In this document: positions 28,698 to 37,211 of the stretch, in pieces
How the letters are laid out: every line of letters begins with the position of its first letter
Numbering within the stretch: the first letter of the stretch is position 1
Assembly (NCBI GenBank): GCA_031414535.1
Contig: JANNVQ010000031.1
Location: forward strand, 1 to 48,835
Length of the DNA stretch: 48,835 nucleotides
Origin: Gemmatimonas sp.
GTDB taxonomy: Bacteria > Gemmatimonadota > Gemmatimonadetes > Gemmatimonadales > Gemmatimonadaceae
Direction of reading: 5' to 3'
Translations under genes and position numbers: made by a program
The notes under the pieces: generated by a model
Database searches by the model: none
Told to the model about the DNA's origin: nothing
What the model saw: only the letters and a program-made list of their open reading frames with translations

Positions 28698-28753
28698 GAC
28701 GGATGACGGAAGGAACCACAGCCAACACCCCTTCCGTCACCCGTCTTCCGTCA
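28698..28753. repeat. Family B palindrome between convergent genes
   Basis: gacggatgacggaagg ... ccttccgtcacccgtcttccgtca. Confidence 0.75.
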
Positions 28754-28762
28754 TATGTCCTT

Positions 28763-29185
28763 TCAGTGGCTCACGCGGTACACGTACGCCGCCACCGCCC
28801 GCGTCCGCTCTTCGGTCAATACGACGCCTCCGTACGGCGGCATCACGCTCGAGAACTGCTTGGGCGCCATCACACCACTCTTGACGGTGTTGTAGATGTT
28901 CTGCCATGACCCGTCACTGTGTAGCCATTCGGCGTCGGTGAGATCGGGTGCCGCGGCCCCAGCCTTTCCGCCGACTCCGTGACAGGCTTGGCAGGAGCTG
29001 GCACCGATCTTTCCATGAAAGAGTGAATCGCCGAGTGCGACCATCGCGGGAGTGATGGTACTGGGATCAAATGAAGCCTGCACCACGGGAGTAGCGGCGG
29101 CGGCGCCACCGGATGCTCCGGCGGTGGAGTCTCCGCTGCCGCAGGCTACGAGAAGAACCACTGGGACAACGAAGAAGCCGCGCAT
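28763..29185 (-). CDS. Monoheme c-type cytochrome lipoprotein
   Basis: Lipobox LVAC, CQACH heme motif, distal Met in MPPYGG; start trimmed to MRGFF. Confidence 0.88.
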   Translation of the reverse strand: MRGFFVVPVVLLVACGSGDSTAGASGGAAAATPVVQASFDPSTITPAMVALGDSLFHGKIGASSCQACHGVGGKAGAAAPDLTDAEWLHSDGSWQNIYNTVKSGVMAPKQFSSVMPPYGGVVLTEERTRAVAAYVYRVSH

Positions 29186-29207
29186 GGGTGTCACTCCGGC
29201 GTGCGAG

Positions 29208-29999
29208 TCAGAAGTCGCGCCGCAGGAAGCGGCGGCGAGCGAGGACAACAGGGAAAGCAGTCCAACAAGCAAGTCCCGCAATAGCGATTGCGGGCCCGAG
29301 GGCCCCATCGAAAAGACGACGGAACAGCGCACCGGTGTATCCGAGGAGGGCGGCCGAGTCGAGCCCGGTGAGCACAAGCACTCGTGCGAGGTCTACCGGA
29401 TTGCCGAGCATGAGCGCGAGCAGTGGACGTTCAAGCGGCCAATCCCCGAACAGCGAGACAACTGCGAGAACCCCGCCATCGTAGCCGATTGTGAGCAAGA
29501 ACCATGCGCCAAGTGCAATCGCCATCCCTTTGAGGCGATCATCTGTACCAAGGGCGATGGTCATGGCAAGGGCGGCGAAGGTAGCAGTGAGGAACGCTCC
29601 TGAGAGTGCAAGTGCAAGAAGCGCAGCTACAGGTGCCTGACTCGCAGTGCCGTGCAAGAGCAGCGGCACGCCTACGCCAAGCAAGAAGGCCGCCACCAGC
29701 GGTAGCGTGAGGCCGAGGTATAAACCGCTGAACACCGCAACGCGTGGCAGCGGCTGGGTGAGCAGCAGTTCGATGAATTCACGGGATGCATAGACGTGCA
29801 TCGTACCGAACACGAGGGCAACGAGCGGCACCAAGAGCAGCGTAGCGTTCAGTAGCGAAAGCACGACCTGCTGCCCGGCACCACCAAACACGAAGAGCAG
29901 CTCTGCAATGCAAGCCAGTGCGAGTCCGTACGCAATGAGCCAACGGTTCCGTGTGAGATCGCGGATGCCGGCGCGCAGTACCAAGGAGAGCGGTGTCAT
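29208..29999 (-). CDS. nosY: ABC transporter permease NosY
   Basis: Multi-TM protein, REFIELLLTQP, NPVDLAR; located in the nos cluster. Confidence 0.9.
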   Translation of the reverse strand: MTPLSLVLRAGIRDLTRNRWLIAYGLALACIAELLFVFGGAGQQVVLSLLNATLLLVPLVALVFGTMHVYASREFIELLLTQPLPRVAVFSGLYLGLTLPLVAAFLLGVGVPLLLHGTASQAPVAALLALALSGAFLTATFAALAMTIALGTDDRLKGMAIALGAWFLLTIGYDGGVLAVVSLFGDWPLERPLLALMLGNPVDLARVLVLTGLDSAALLGYTGALFRRLFDGALGPAIAIAGLACWTAFPVVLARRRFLRRDF

Positions 30000-30721
30000 T
30001 TACGACCTCCGGCTTCGACGCGCAATCCGCGAAGGAGCGCGGCGATGGCCGGCTCGAGCCGACGCGTTCCTGTCTCAGCGAGCAACGCGGACACTGGGCC
30101 AGCGAAACGCAGATGGCCATCAGTAAGGAATGCGACGTCGTCTGCAAGCTCTTCTAGCTCGCTCAGGATATGCGACGTGATGAGCACGGTACGGCCCGCG
30201 GTGCGGGCGCTGCGCAACGCATGCTTAAGAAGCCCCGCGGCGACTGGATCGAGGCCGGCGGTGGGTTCATCGAGAATGTAAACGTCCGGTTTGAAGAGCC
30301 AAGCGGCGGCAAGCGACACCTTCTGGCGCCAGCCGCCACTGAGCGTGCCAACTGGCGTCTCCCACTCCGCGCGCAAGCCGAAGGCATCGAGCAGCGATTC
30401 ATCAATCTCTGCGCTGGGGCGCAGCGCCTTCAACATGGCAAAGACTTCCCCCACCGCAAGATTTGCGGGGAAATGCGGTGCCTGTGGCGCGTAGCCAATG
30501 CGGGCGCGGTACTGGCCAGCGTCGTCGGCTGGATGGCCGTCAAGCAGTAGGCGGCCTGCATCCGCGCGCGCGAGACCCAATACGCACTTGATGAGCGTGG
30601 TCTTGCCCGAGCCATTGGGGCCGACCAGCGCCGAAATGCGCCCTGGCTCCAGCGAGAGGGATACCCCGTCCAGCACGATGCGTGTGCCGTAGGCCTTCCG
30701 CATTCCTTCGAGCGTGATCAT
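29996..30721 (-). CDS. nosF: ABC transporter ATPase NosF
   Basis: GPNGSGKT, LSGG, LDEPTAGLDP; lies between nosD and nosY. Confidence 0.92.
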   Translation of the reverse strand: MITLEGMRKAYGTRIVLDGVSLSLEPGRISALVGPNGSGKTTLIKCVLGLARADAGRLLLDGHPADDAGQYRARIGYAPQAPHFPANLAVGEVFAMLKALRPSAEIDESLLDAFGLRAEWETPVGTLSGGWRQKVSLAAAWLFKPDVYILDEPTAGLDPVAAGLLKHALRSARTAGRTVLITSHILSELEELADDVAFLTDGHLRFAGPVSALLAETGTRRLEPAIAALLRGLRVEAGGRK

Positions 30722-31959
30722 CGTGGAGGCCTCATCAGAGGAGCGGCATCGGCGAGTGGGGGCGTGAGCACGGGGAATACGCGCTCCGCGGCGTCGAGCA
30801 CGAGGGTGATAGGACTACGCAGCATCACCAAAGCCTCTGGGTGCCTCTCGACAATCAACGCGAAGAAGCGCACGGGCCTGAATGGCACGTCACCGCGTCC
30901 ATCGCGATCAAGGTCATAGCCCCGGTAAGAATCCCACCAGTTGCCGTCGAAGGTAGAGCGCAAGGTGCGGCTGTTGGTGGCTACATCGAAGGCATTGCCG
31001 ACAAAGCGATTGCCCGTGAAGTGATTGTCGAGCGCATCGGCCATGAGGCGCACCGCCCATCCGTTACCGCGAAACTCGTTTCCGCGAATCTCAAGGCGTG
31101 AGGCGCCCTCGAGGTAGAGACCGGTGGAACTTCCGATGAAACGATTGCCGATGAGGGCGCCGTCCGTGATCTCCTTCAACAGAAGTGCATAGGCCGCCGA
31201 ACCCGTGGCCTCGCGGAAATCATTCTGCTCCATGGTCACGCCACGGCTGTACATCACGGCCACGCCGGCGCCATTGCGCACGAAGGCATTCCGGGCATAG
31301 CGACACGAGTCGGAGAACATGAAGTGTAGGCCGTAGCGTGCGTTTCCTTCGCTCACGTTGTCTTCAGCCACAGCGCCGCGAGAGAATTCGAAGTAAATGC
31401 CATCGCGCTGACCGCGAATGTGGTTGCCCAGCACCTTGATGCCACGCGAGTGCCAGAGGTGGATGCCGTTACCGTTGCTCGACTCCCCAGCTCCACCGCC
31501 TTCAATTCGGTTATTGCGGAGAGTGCAGTCGCTGGCGCGCTGGAGATAGATAGCGTAAAGCGTGTTCTCAAAGCGGTTGTTTTCAACCACGCAACGCGCC
31601 ACCTCCACCACTCGCAACGCCGCACGGTCCTCCATGTGCGCCACGCCTGTGTTCGTGAAGCGCAACCCACTGACCCTGACTCCATCGGCACGGATCTGCA
31701 TGATCTCGTGCGTCCCGGTGCCGTCGAGCGTAGGCCAGCCTTCGCCGACAATGGTCACACGTGGCACGCGAACCACGATGAGAGGTTCGCGATAGGTGCC
31801 GGCCCGCACACGAATGCTACTCCCAGGCTTCGCGTCCGCGAGGGCTGCATTGAGAGTGCTGTACCGCGCGCCGGGCCCAACCACCAGTTCCTGCGCGCGT
31901 ACCTGCAACGGCATCAGCCCGATTCCGGTGAGCAGCGAGGCGGCGAGCAGGAGATGCAT
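30718..31959 (-). CDS. nosD: Nitrous oxide reductase maturation protein NosD
   Basis: Beta-helix; GNGIHLW, RDGIYFE, RYGLHFMFS, GNWWDSYRGYDLDRDGRGDVP. Confidence 0.95.
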   Translation of the reverse strand: MHLLLAASLLTGIGLMPLQVRAQELVVGPGARYSTLNAALADAKPGSSIRVRAGTYREPLIVVRVPRVTIVGEGWPTLDGTGTHEIMQIRADGVRVSGLRFTNTGVAHMEDRAALRVVEVARCVVENNRFENTLYAIYLQRASDCTLRNNRIEGGGAGESSNGNGIHLWHSRGIKVLGNHIRGQRDGIYFEFSRGAVAEDNVSEGNARYGLHFMFSDSCRYARNAFVRNGAGVAVMYSRGVTMEQNDFREATGSAAYALLLKEITDGALIGNRFIGSSTGLYLEGASRLEIRGNEFRGNGWAVRLMADALDNHFTGNRFVGNAFDVATNSRTLRSTFDGNWWDSYRGYDLDRDGRGDVPFRPVRFFALIVERHPEALVMLRSPITLVLDAAERVFPVLTPPLADAAPLMRPPR

Positions 31960-31960
31960 C

Positions 31961-33043
31961 TCAGTGACCGGCCGAGCGGATTGACGCGCTATCCGTGCGG
32001 ATTGCTTCCCAGCTCAGGGTGTGTCCCCCGAGTGTACTTACGGCGGCAGCGGCGAGCTCTGGGGAGGCAAATGCCGTCACTCGGCCCATGGGCCCGCGCA
32101 GCGAAGCGTCTGTGAGGAACCCAGCTTCGTCAGCGGCAATCCAAGTCCCCGGCGCCTGTGCGTCCAACACCCACACGCTCGCCACGCTTTCAGCGGGAGT
32201 AGAAGCAAGGAAGCCAGCCAAGCACTCCGGCGAGTCGAATACCACTTGGCGGCCAGTTGTCGTCACGACCTGTGCGCCAAAGCGAGCGTCTGAGACTATC
32301 ATGCGACAGAAGCCACACTCGTCCGCATTGAGCGCAAGATCGCGCGGTTGCATCGTAGCGCAACCCGCGAGCGAGAACGCTAGGATTAGTGCGACGGCAG
32401 CGCCTGAGTGTGCAGGACCTTGTCCGGCCGGCTCACCACCAGTCCCCTCGGAACCTGACGCGAGCACCGTACGCTTTTTGCGCGAATCGAACACCGCCAG
32501 CGCAACGAGCCCAGCCGCCAACGTGAGCGCGATTCCACCACCAGACGGCCACGAGGTTGCACGAAAATTGAGCAGTTTCTTGGATCCAATCAGCGGCGGC
32601 TGATAGCTCATGCCAGGAATCTTGATGATGGCCGTCTCTTCATTGAGATTGTGGCCGTAGTCGTAACCCCAGCGCCAATAGTCGTACAGCCCCGCGACAA
32701 GGAGCAGGGCGAGCGCCCCTCCCCAGATGTTGAGAAGGGAGCGCTTCCCAAGTACAGCGACCAACAGGCCGCCGGCAATCAGTGCACCGAGGATCCAGGG
32801 CATGTACTTCAGCTCCGGAATGGCCTCGGGCACGATAGCCTTCATTCCGATGTAGTGATTGAGATTGTTGATGGATTGAAGGTCGTGTTCCTTCAATCCA
32901 CTGACGCCATTCACACTGATGTACAGCCCAAGGCCCTCAGGATACTGCGGCGCGATAAGATCCACGCGCCACAGCGGCAACCAGTACGCCGTCGCCATCA
33001 ACAACGCGGCGATAGCCGCCATCCAGCGGGCCCGGGAGGTCAT
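31961..33043 (-). CDS. NosB-like membrane protein fused to a NosL-like copper chaperone domain
   Basis: N half PLWRVDLIAPQYPEG, NHYIGM, YDYGHNL, YQPPLIG (NosB-type); C half LAGC, CGFCRM, FDSPECL, PMG (NosL-type). Confidence 0.82.
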   Translation of the reverse strand: MTSRARWMAAIAALLMATAYWLPLWRVDLIAPQYPEGLGLYISVNGVSGLKEHDLQSINNLNHYIGMKAIVPEAIPELKYMPWILGALIAGGLLVAVLGKRSLLNIWGGALALLLVAGLYDYWRWGYDYGHNLNEETAIIKIPGMSYQPPLIGSKKLLNFRATSWPSGGGIALTLAAGLVALAVFDSRKKRTVLASGSEGTGGEPAGQGPAHSGAAVALILAFSLAGCATMQPRDLALNADECGFCRMIVSDARFGAQVVTTTGRQVVFDSPECLAGFLASTPAESVASVWVLDAQAPGTWIAADEAGFLTDASLRGPMGRVTAFASPELAAAAVSTLGGHTLSWEAIRTDSASIRSAGH

Positions 33044-33044
33044 G

Positions 33045-35033
33045 TCAGTTTCCTCCGGCGCGGGTTGGCGCCTTGTTGTTGGTGGTCGCCGTCAGGGCAA
33101 CTGTTGAGCCGCGCGCCGAGACGCGCACGTAGCCTTGCATCTCTTGGTGCAGCGCTGAGCAAAAGTCCGTGCAGTAGAAGGGATAGACGCCTACCTTTTG
33201 CGGAACCCATCGCAGGGTCTTGGTTTCACCCGGCATGACAAGCAGTTCAGCGTTCTGTGCGCCGAGGATGGCAAAGCCGTGCGGCACGTCCCAGTCTTGC
33301 TCGAGGTTGGTGACGTGGAAGAGCACCGTGTCACCGACCATCACGCCTTCGATGTTGTCTGGCGTGAAGTGCGAGCGGATGCTCGCCATGCGGACGTGTA
33401 CCAGGCTGCCGCGTCGTTCGATACCCGACTCGCGCTCGCCGCGAATCGCTCGCGGGTGGCGGTTTTCGGCGAGCGCAAAGAAGCGCACTTGGCGGTCGCG
33501 CACTTTGCTGGCTTCAATCGCATTGGCGTAGTGCGGCTCGCCGATCGTCGGGAAATCGAGCAGGAGCTCCATCCGCTCACCCGTGATGTCGAAGAGCTGA
33601 GCTGAATGCGCGAGTTCCGGACCGGTGGGCAGGTAGCGGTCCTTGGTGATCTTGTTCATCGCGAGTGCGTAGCGCCCGTAGGGCTTGCGCGTGCCGCCAC
33701 CAGGAATCATGAGATGGCCCACCGAGTAGAAGGTCGGCTGGCGGTCTACCACTTCCCAGGTGCCGAGCTTCCACTTCACGATCTCGGACGACAGGAACAT
33801 CGAGGTGTACGCGTAGCCCTGACCGTCGAACTCGGTGTGGAGAGGGCCGAGGCCGGGCTCCTGTACTTCGCCAGCGATCGTCGAGTTGTACTTGAGCACC
33901 GGGATGCCTTCGAGCTCGCCTTCGAACGCACGCGCTTCGATGGCGGCGAGCATCTTGGTGGCCGAGTGCACTGGGATTACGGCGGCGAGCTTGCCGCCTG
34001 CGACGATGTATTCGCCGGTTGGGTCAACATCCGCGCCATGTGGCGACTTGGGGGTCGGGAGGTAGTACATGACCCCCGGGCAGTCCGCTGGCGTCATCTG
34101 TAGCACCGAGGTACGGCGCTCGGAGACAGCAGTACGCGTGAACTCATCCATATGATTGTGGCGGTACTCCACCGTGGCGCGACGGCCCTTGCCCGCGCGC
34201 ACGCAGGCTTCGGCGGCGCGATAGTTCACCGCGGCGATGTAGTCCTTGTCTGCCTGCGAGGCGTTGACCTCAAGCAACGTATTGGCCTGCTCGGAGTTGT
34301 AGGACGAGAAGAACATCCAACCAGCCGATGGTCCCTTGCCCGCCCGGGCGAGATCGTAGTTGAAGCCCGGTACTATGAGCTGAAAGGCGATATCCATCTT
34401 CCCCGGCTTGTCAGCCGTGATGAACGAGATCTGTCCTCTAAACTGCGCCTTGTACTCAGCGATTGGAACGTCGCGGTTCGGCATCGGGATGGAGAAGCGC
34501 GTCGAGGATACGATGTATTCCGAGTTCTCCGTAACGAAGGGGGACGCATGATTGCCGGCTGCGTTCGGGATCTCAAGAATCTCCGAGGTTTCGAAGGTCG
34601 TGAGGTCAATGCGAGCCACGCGTGGCGTGTTGTTGCCATTCACGAAGAGCCAGCGACCGTCGTCCTCGCCGTTAGTCTGCGAAAGCGCGGTGTGATGCAG
34701 ATCGTCCCAGGGGATGAATCCATAAGAGGTCTCGAGCATCGGCTTGGTCTCTTCAGAGTAGCCCCAGCCGTTTTCGGCGTTCTGCGAGAAGACTGGGATA
34801 ACCTTGAGCAGGCGGCCGGACGGAATGCCGTAGACCCCCACTTGGCCCGAGAAGCCGCCAGACAGGAAGGCGTAGAGTTCATCGTATTCACCCGGAGCGA
34901 CGTAGACGCGCTGGGCGTTGCCGGCCCCGCCGGCGAGTGAGGAAGTGCGGTTGCCCGCACAGGCATACCCGACCCCGACGGCTCCGAGGAGCACGGCGCC
35001 GAGTATCAGGCGTTGAGGGGAAAGGGAGCGCAT
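33045..35033 (-). CDS. nosZ: Sec-dependent (clade II) nitrous oxide reductase
   Basis: CuZ His motifs DDLHH, GNH, PHG, GPLH, SVGH, EPH; CuA DVPHGF and CTDFCSALHQEM; no twin-arginine signal; SD ggagg-independent agagg upstream. Confidence 0.97.
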   Translation of the reverse strand: MRSLSPQRLILGAVLLGAVGVGYACAGNRTSSLAGGAGNAQRVYVAPGEYDELYAFLSGGFSGQVGVYGIPSGRLLKVIPVFSQNAENGWGYSEETKPMLETSYGFIPWDDLHHTALSQTNGEDDGRWLFVNGNNTPRVARIDLTTFETSEILEIPNAAGNHASPFVTENSEYIVSSTRFSIPMPNRDVPIAEYKAQFRGQISFITADKPGKMDIAFQLIVPGFNYDLARAGKGPSAGWMFFSSYNSEQANTLLEVNASQADKDYIAAVNYRAAEACVRAGKGRRATVEYRHNHMDEFTRTAVSERRTSVLQMTPADCPGVMYYLPTPKSPHGADVDPTGEYIVAGGKLAAVIPVHSATKMLAAIEARAFEGELEGIPVLKYNSTIAGEVQEPGLGPLHTEFDGQGYAYTSMFLSSEIVKWKLGTWEVVDRQPTFYSVGHLMIPGGGTRKPYGRYALAMNKITKDRYLPTGPELAHSAQLFDITGERMELLLDFPTIGEPHYANAIEASKVRDRQVRFFALAENRHPRAIRGERESGIERRGSLVHVRMASIRSHFTPDNIEGVMVGDTVLFHVTNLEQDWDVPHGFAILGAQNAELLVMPGETKTLRWVPQKVGVYPFYCTDFCSALHQEMQGYVRVSARGSTVALTATTNNKAPTRAGGN

Positions 35034-35107
35034 CGGAACCTCTATGGAGGAAGAGTGAGTGATGTCCGGCGCGGCCTGAAGCGTGGGGCCTTGTGCTGGA
35101 CGAACTA

Positions 35108-35130
35108 AAGGTGCATTCTACTTGCATGTT
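35108..35130. promoter_or_regulatory. NsrR-like operator in the nosZ/Rrf2 divergent region
   Basis: AAGGTGCATTC-T-ACTTGCATGTT matches 17 of 22 positions of the 11-1-11 NsrR consensus AAGATGCATTTnAAATGCATCTT. Confidence 0.7.
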
Positions 35131-35193
35131 TCATCCAGTCCGGATTCGCCGGATTTGATGTGAGGGAATCTCCTAGGGGGATCTGGGGACGGA

Positions 35194-35628
35194 ATGCGAC
35201 TGACACGACACAGCGACAACGCGTTGCGGGCGCTCATTTACCTGGGCATCAAGACTGACGATTCGCCAGCCCGCATCACCGACATCGCCCGCCGGATGGG
35301 CATGAGCGAGGACCACCTCGCCAAGGTGATTGCTCGCCTCGCTCAGCTGGGATACGTCGAGACTCTGCGCGGCCGCGATGGCGGTGTACGCCTCGCCAAG
35401 CCTCCGCAGCAGATCGTGGTAGGCGAGGTCGTGCGCGCCACCGAGGACAATCTCAACTTGGTGGAGTGCTTTGACCCGAGCACAAATCAGTGCCCCATCG
35501 CCCCAGCCTGCGCCCTAGCGCCGGCCCTCGACGAAGCACTAAGCGCCTTCTTCGCCGTGCTTGACCGGTACACATTGGCCGATCTCACCGCCAAGCCGCG
35601 CGCCCTTACGCAACTGCTAGCCTCATAG
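35194..35628 (+). CDS. Rrf2-family regulator, NsrR-like with 3 Cys Fe-S ligands
   Basis: MRLT..SD.ALRALIYL, RGRDGG.RLA, LVECFDPSTNQCPIAPAC.L. Confidence 0.9.
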   Translation: MRLTRHSDNALRALIYLGIKTDDSPARITDIARRMGMSEDHLAKVIARLAQLGYVETLRGRDGGVRLAKPPQQIVVGEVVRATEDNLNLVECFDPSTNQCPIAPACALAPALDEALSAFFAVLDRYTLADLTAKPRALTQLLAS

Positions 35629-35650
35629 CATCCGTCTTCCGTCATCCGTC
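35629..35650. repeat. Family B half-element
   Basis: catccgtcttccgtcatccgtc. Confidence 0.65.
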
Positions 35651-35656
35651 AAAACC

Positions 35657-36118
35657 ATGGACTGGTTCGTCCGCGCCTTTCTCAAGTCCAGCCTCGTCTG
35701 GCTCTCGCTCTCCGTGCTACTCGCCCTGACTATGGCATTCGTGCCCACGCTCACGGCCTACCGCACTGCGCACCTTCACATGGCGCTGCTCGGCTTCGTT
35801 GCCCAGATGATTTACGGCGTCGCGCTGCACGTCATCCCGCGCTTCTTTGGTCAGCCACTAGTGATGCGACGCGCGGCGGAGATCCAGTTCTGGGCCGCGC
35901 AAAGCGGCCTCGTGGCCCTCGCGACTGGCTTCATCCTCAGAGTTCACGGCGTCCCTGGCGCGTCGGCACTCATCGCCACTGGCGGAAGTTTGAGCGCGAT
36001 CGGCGCCGGCTGCTTCGTGGTAAACATCTGGCGCACAATTGATGCCAGCCCGATGTCAGCCGTGCACGCGAAGGCGGCGAAGGGGCTGCCGACAATGCCG
36101 CAGGCGGATGCGCATTAG
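35657..36118 (+). CDS. Small four-TM membrane protein with HxH motif (heme-copper oxidase subunit I-like fragment family)
   Basis: AHLHMALLGF...YGVALHVIPRF motif; four hydrophobic helices. Confidence 0.65.
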   Translation: MDWFVRAFLKSSLVWLSLSVLLALTMAFVPTLTAYRTAHLHMALLGFVAQMIYGVALHVIPRFFGQPLVMRRAAEIQFWAAQSGLVALATGFILRVHGVPGASALIATGGSLSAIGAGCFVVNIWRTIDASPMSAVHAKAAKGLPTMPQADAH

Positions 36119-36122
36119 GGAA

Positions 36123-36176
36123 ACGGACGGACGATGGATGCTTGCGCGGTTTGCATCCGTCTTTTGTCATCCGTCC
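36123..36176. repeat. Degenerate family B palindrome overlapping the maf stop
   Basis: acggacggacgatggatgc ... gcatccgtcttttgtcatccgtcc. Confidence 0.6.
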
Positions 36177-36762
36177 CGTTTGAGTCCATCCGCGAAACCA
36201 TAGGTCACGCCGAAGCGAGAGAACAGCTCGACTAAGCGCCGCAACCCCAGGCCCATCACGCTGAAGTAGTCGCCGTCCACACGCTCTACGATGGTCGCGC
36301 CCCAGCCTTGGATGCCGTAGGCGCCTGCCTTGTCCATCGGCTCGCCTGTTGCCACGTACGCCGCAATCTCGGCGTCCGTGAGCGAACGGAACGTGACGCC
36401 CACCTGCTCCACCGCGCTCTCCGCGCGCGCGCCATGCGCGACGGCGATGCCCGTGCATACGATGTGACTGCGGCCGCTCAAGCGGCGGACCATGGCACGG
36501 GCTTCAGCGGCATCCGCCGGCTTGCCCAAGATGTCCCCGTCTACGACTACCGTGGTATCGGCTGCGATCACGTAGGCGTCGGGATGCTGAGCTGCGATGA
36601 CGGCAGCCTTCTCGCGCGCAAGGCGCTCCGTGTACGCCACTGCCTCCTCGCCAACGCGGACATCTTCGTTGATGTCAGCGGGCATCACCTCATGCTCCAC
36701 GCCGATAAGGGCCAGCAGCTCACGCCGACGAGGGGACTGCGAAGCGAGTATGACGCGCAGGG

Positions 36763-36766
<4 letters not shown>
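36167..36766 (-). CDS. maf: Maf nucleoside triphosphate pyrophosphatase
   Basis: [16 protein letters not shown]...[18 protein letters not shown] motifs. Confidence 0.96.
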
Positions 36767-37200
<434 letters not shown>

Positions 37201-37211
37201 CCGTCCTTAAC

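Noticed and set aside
35156..35169. FNR/DNR box (TTGAT-gtga-GGGAA)
   Set aside because: Only one half-site matches.
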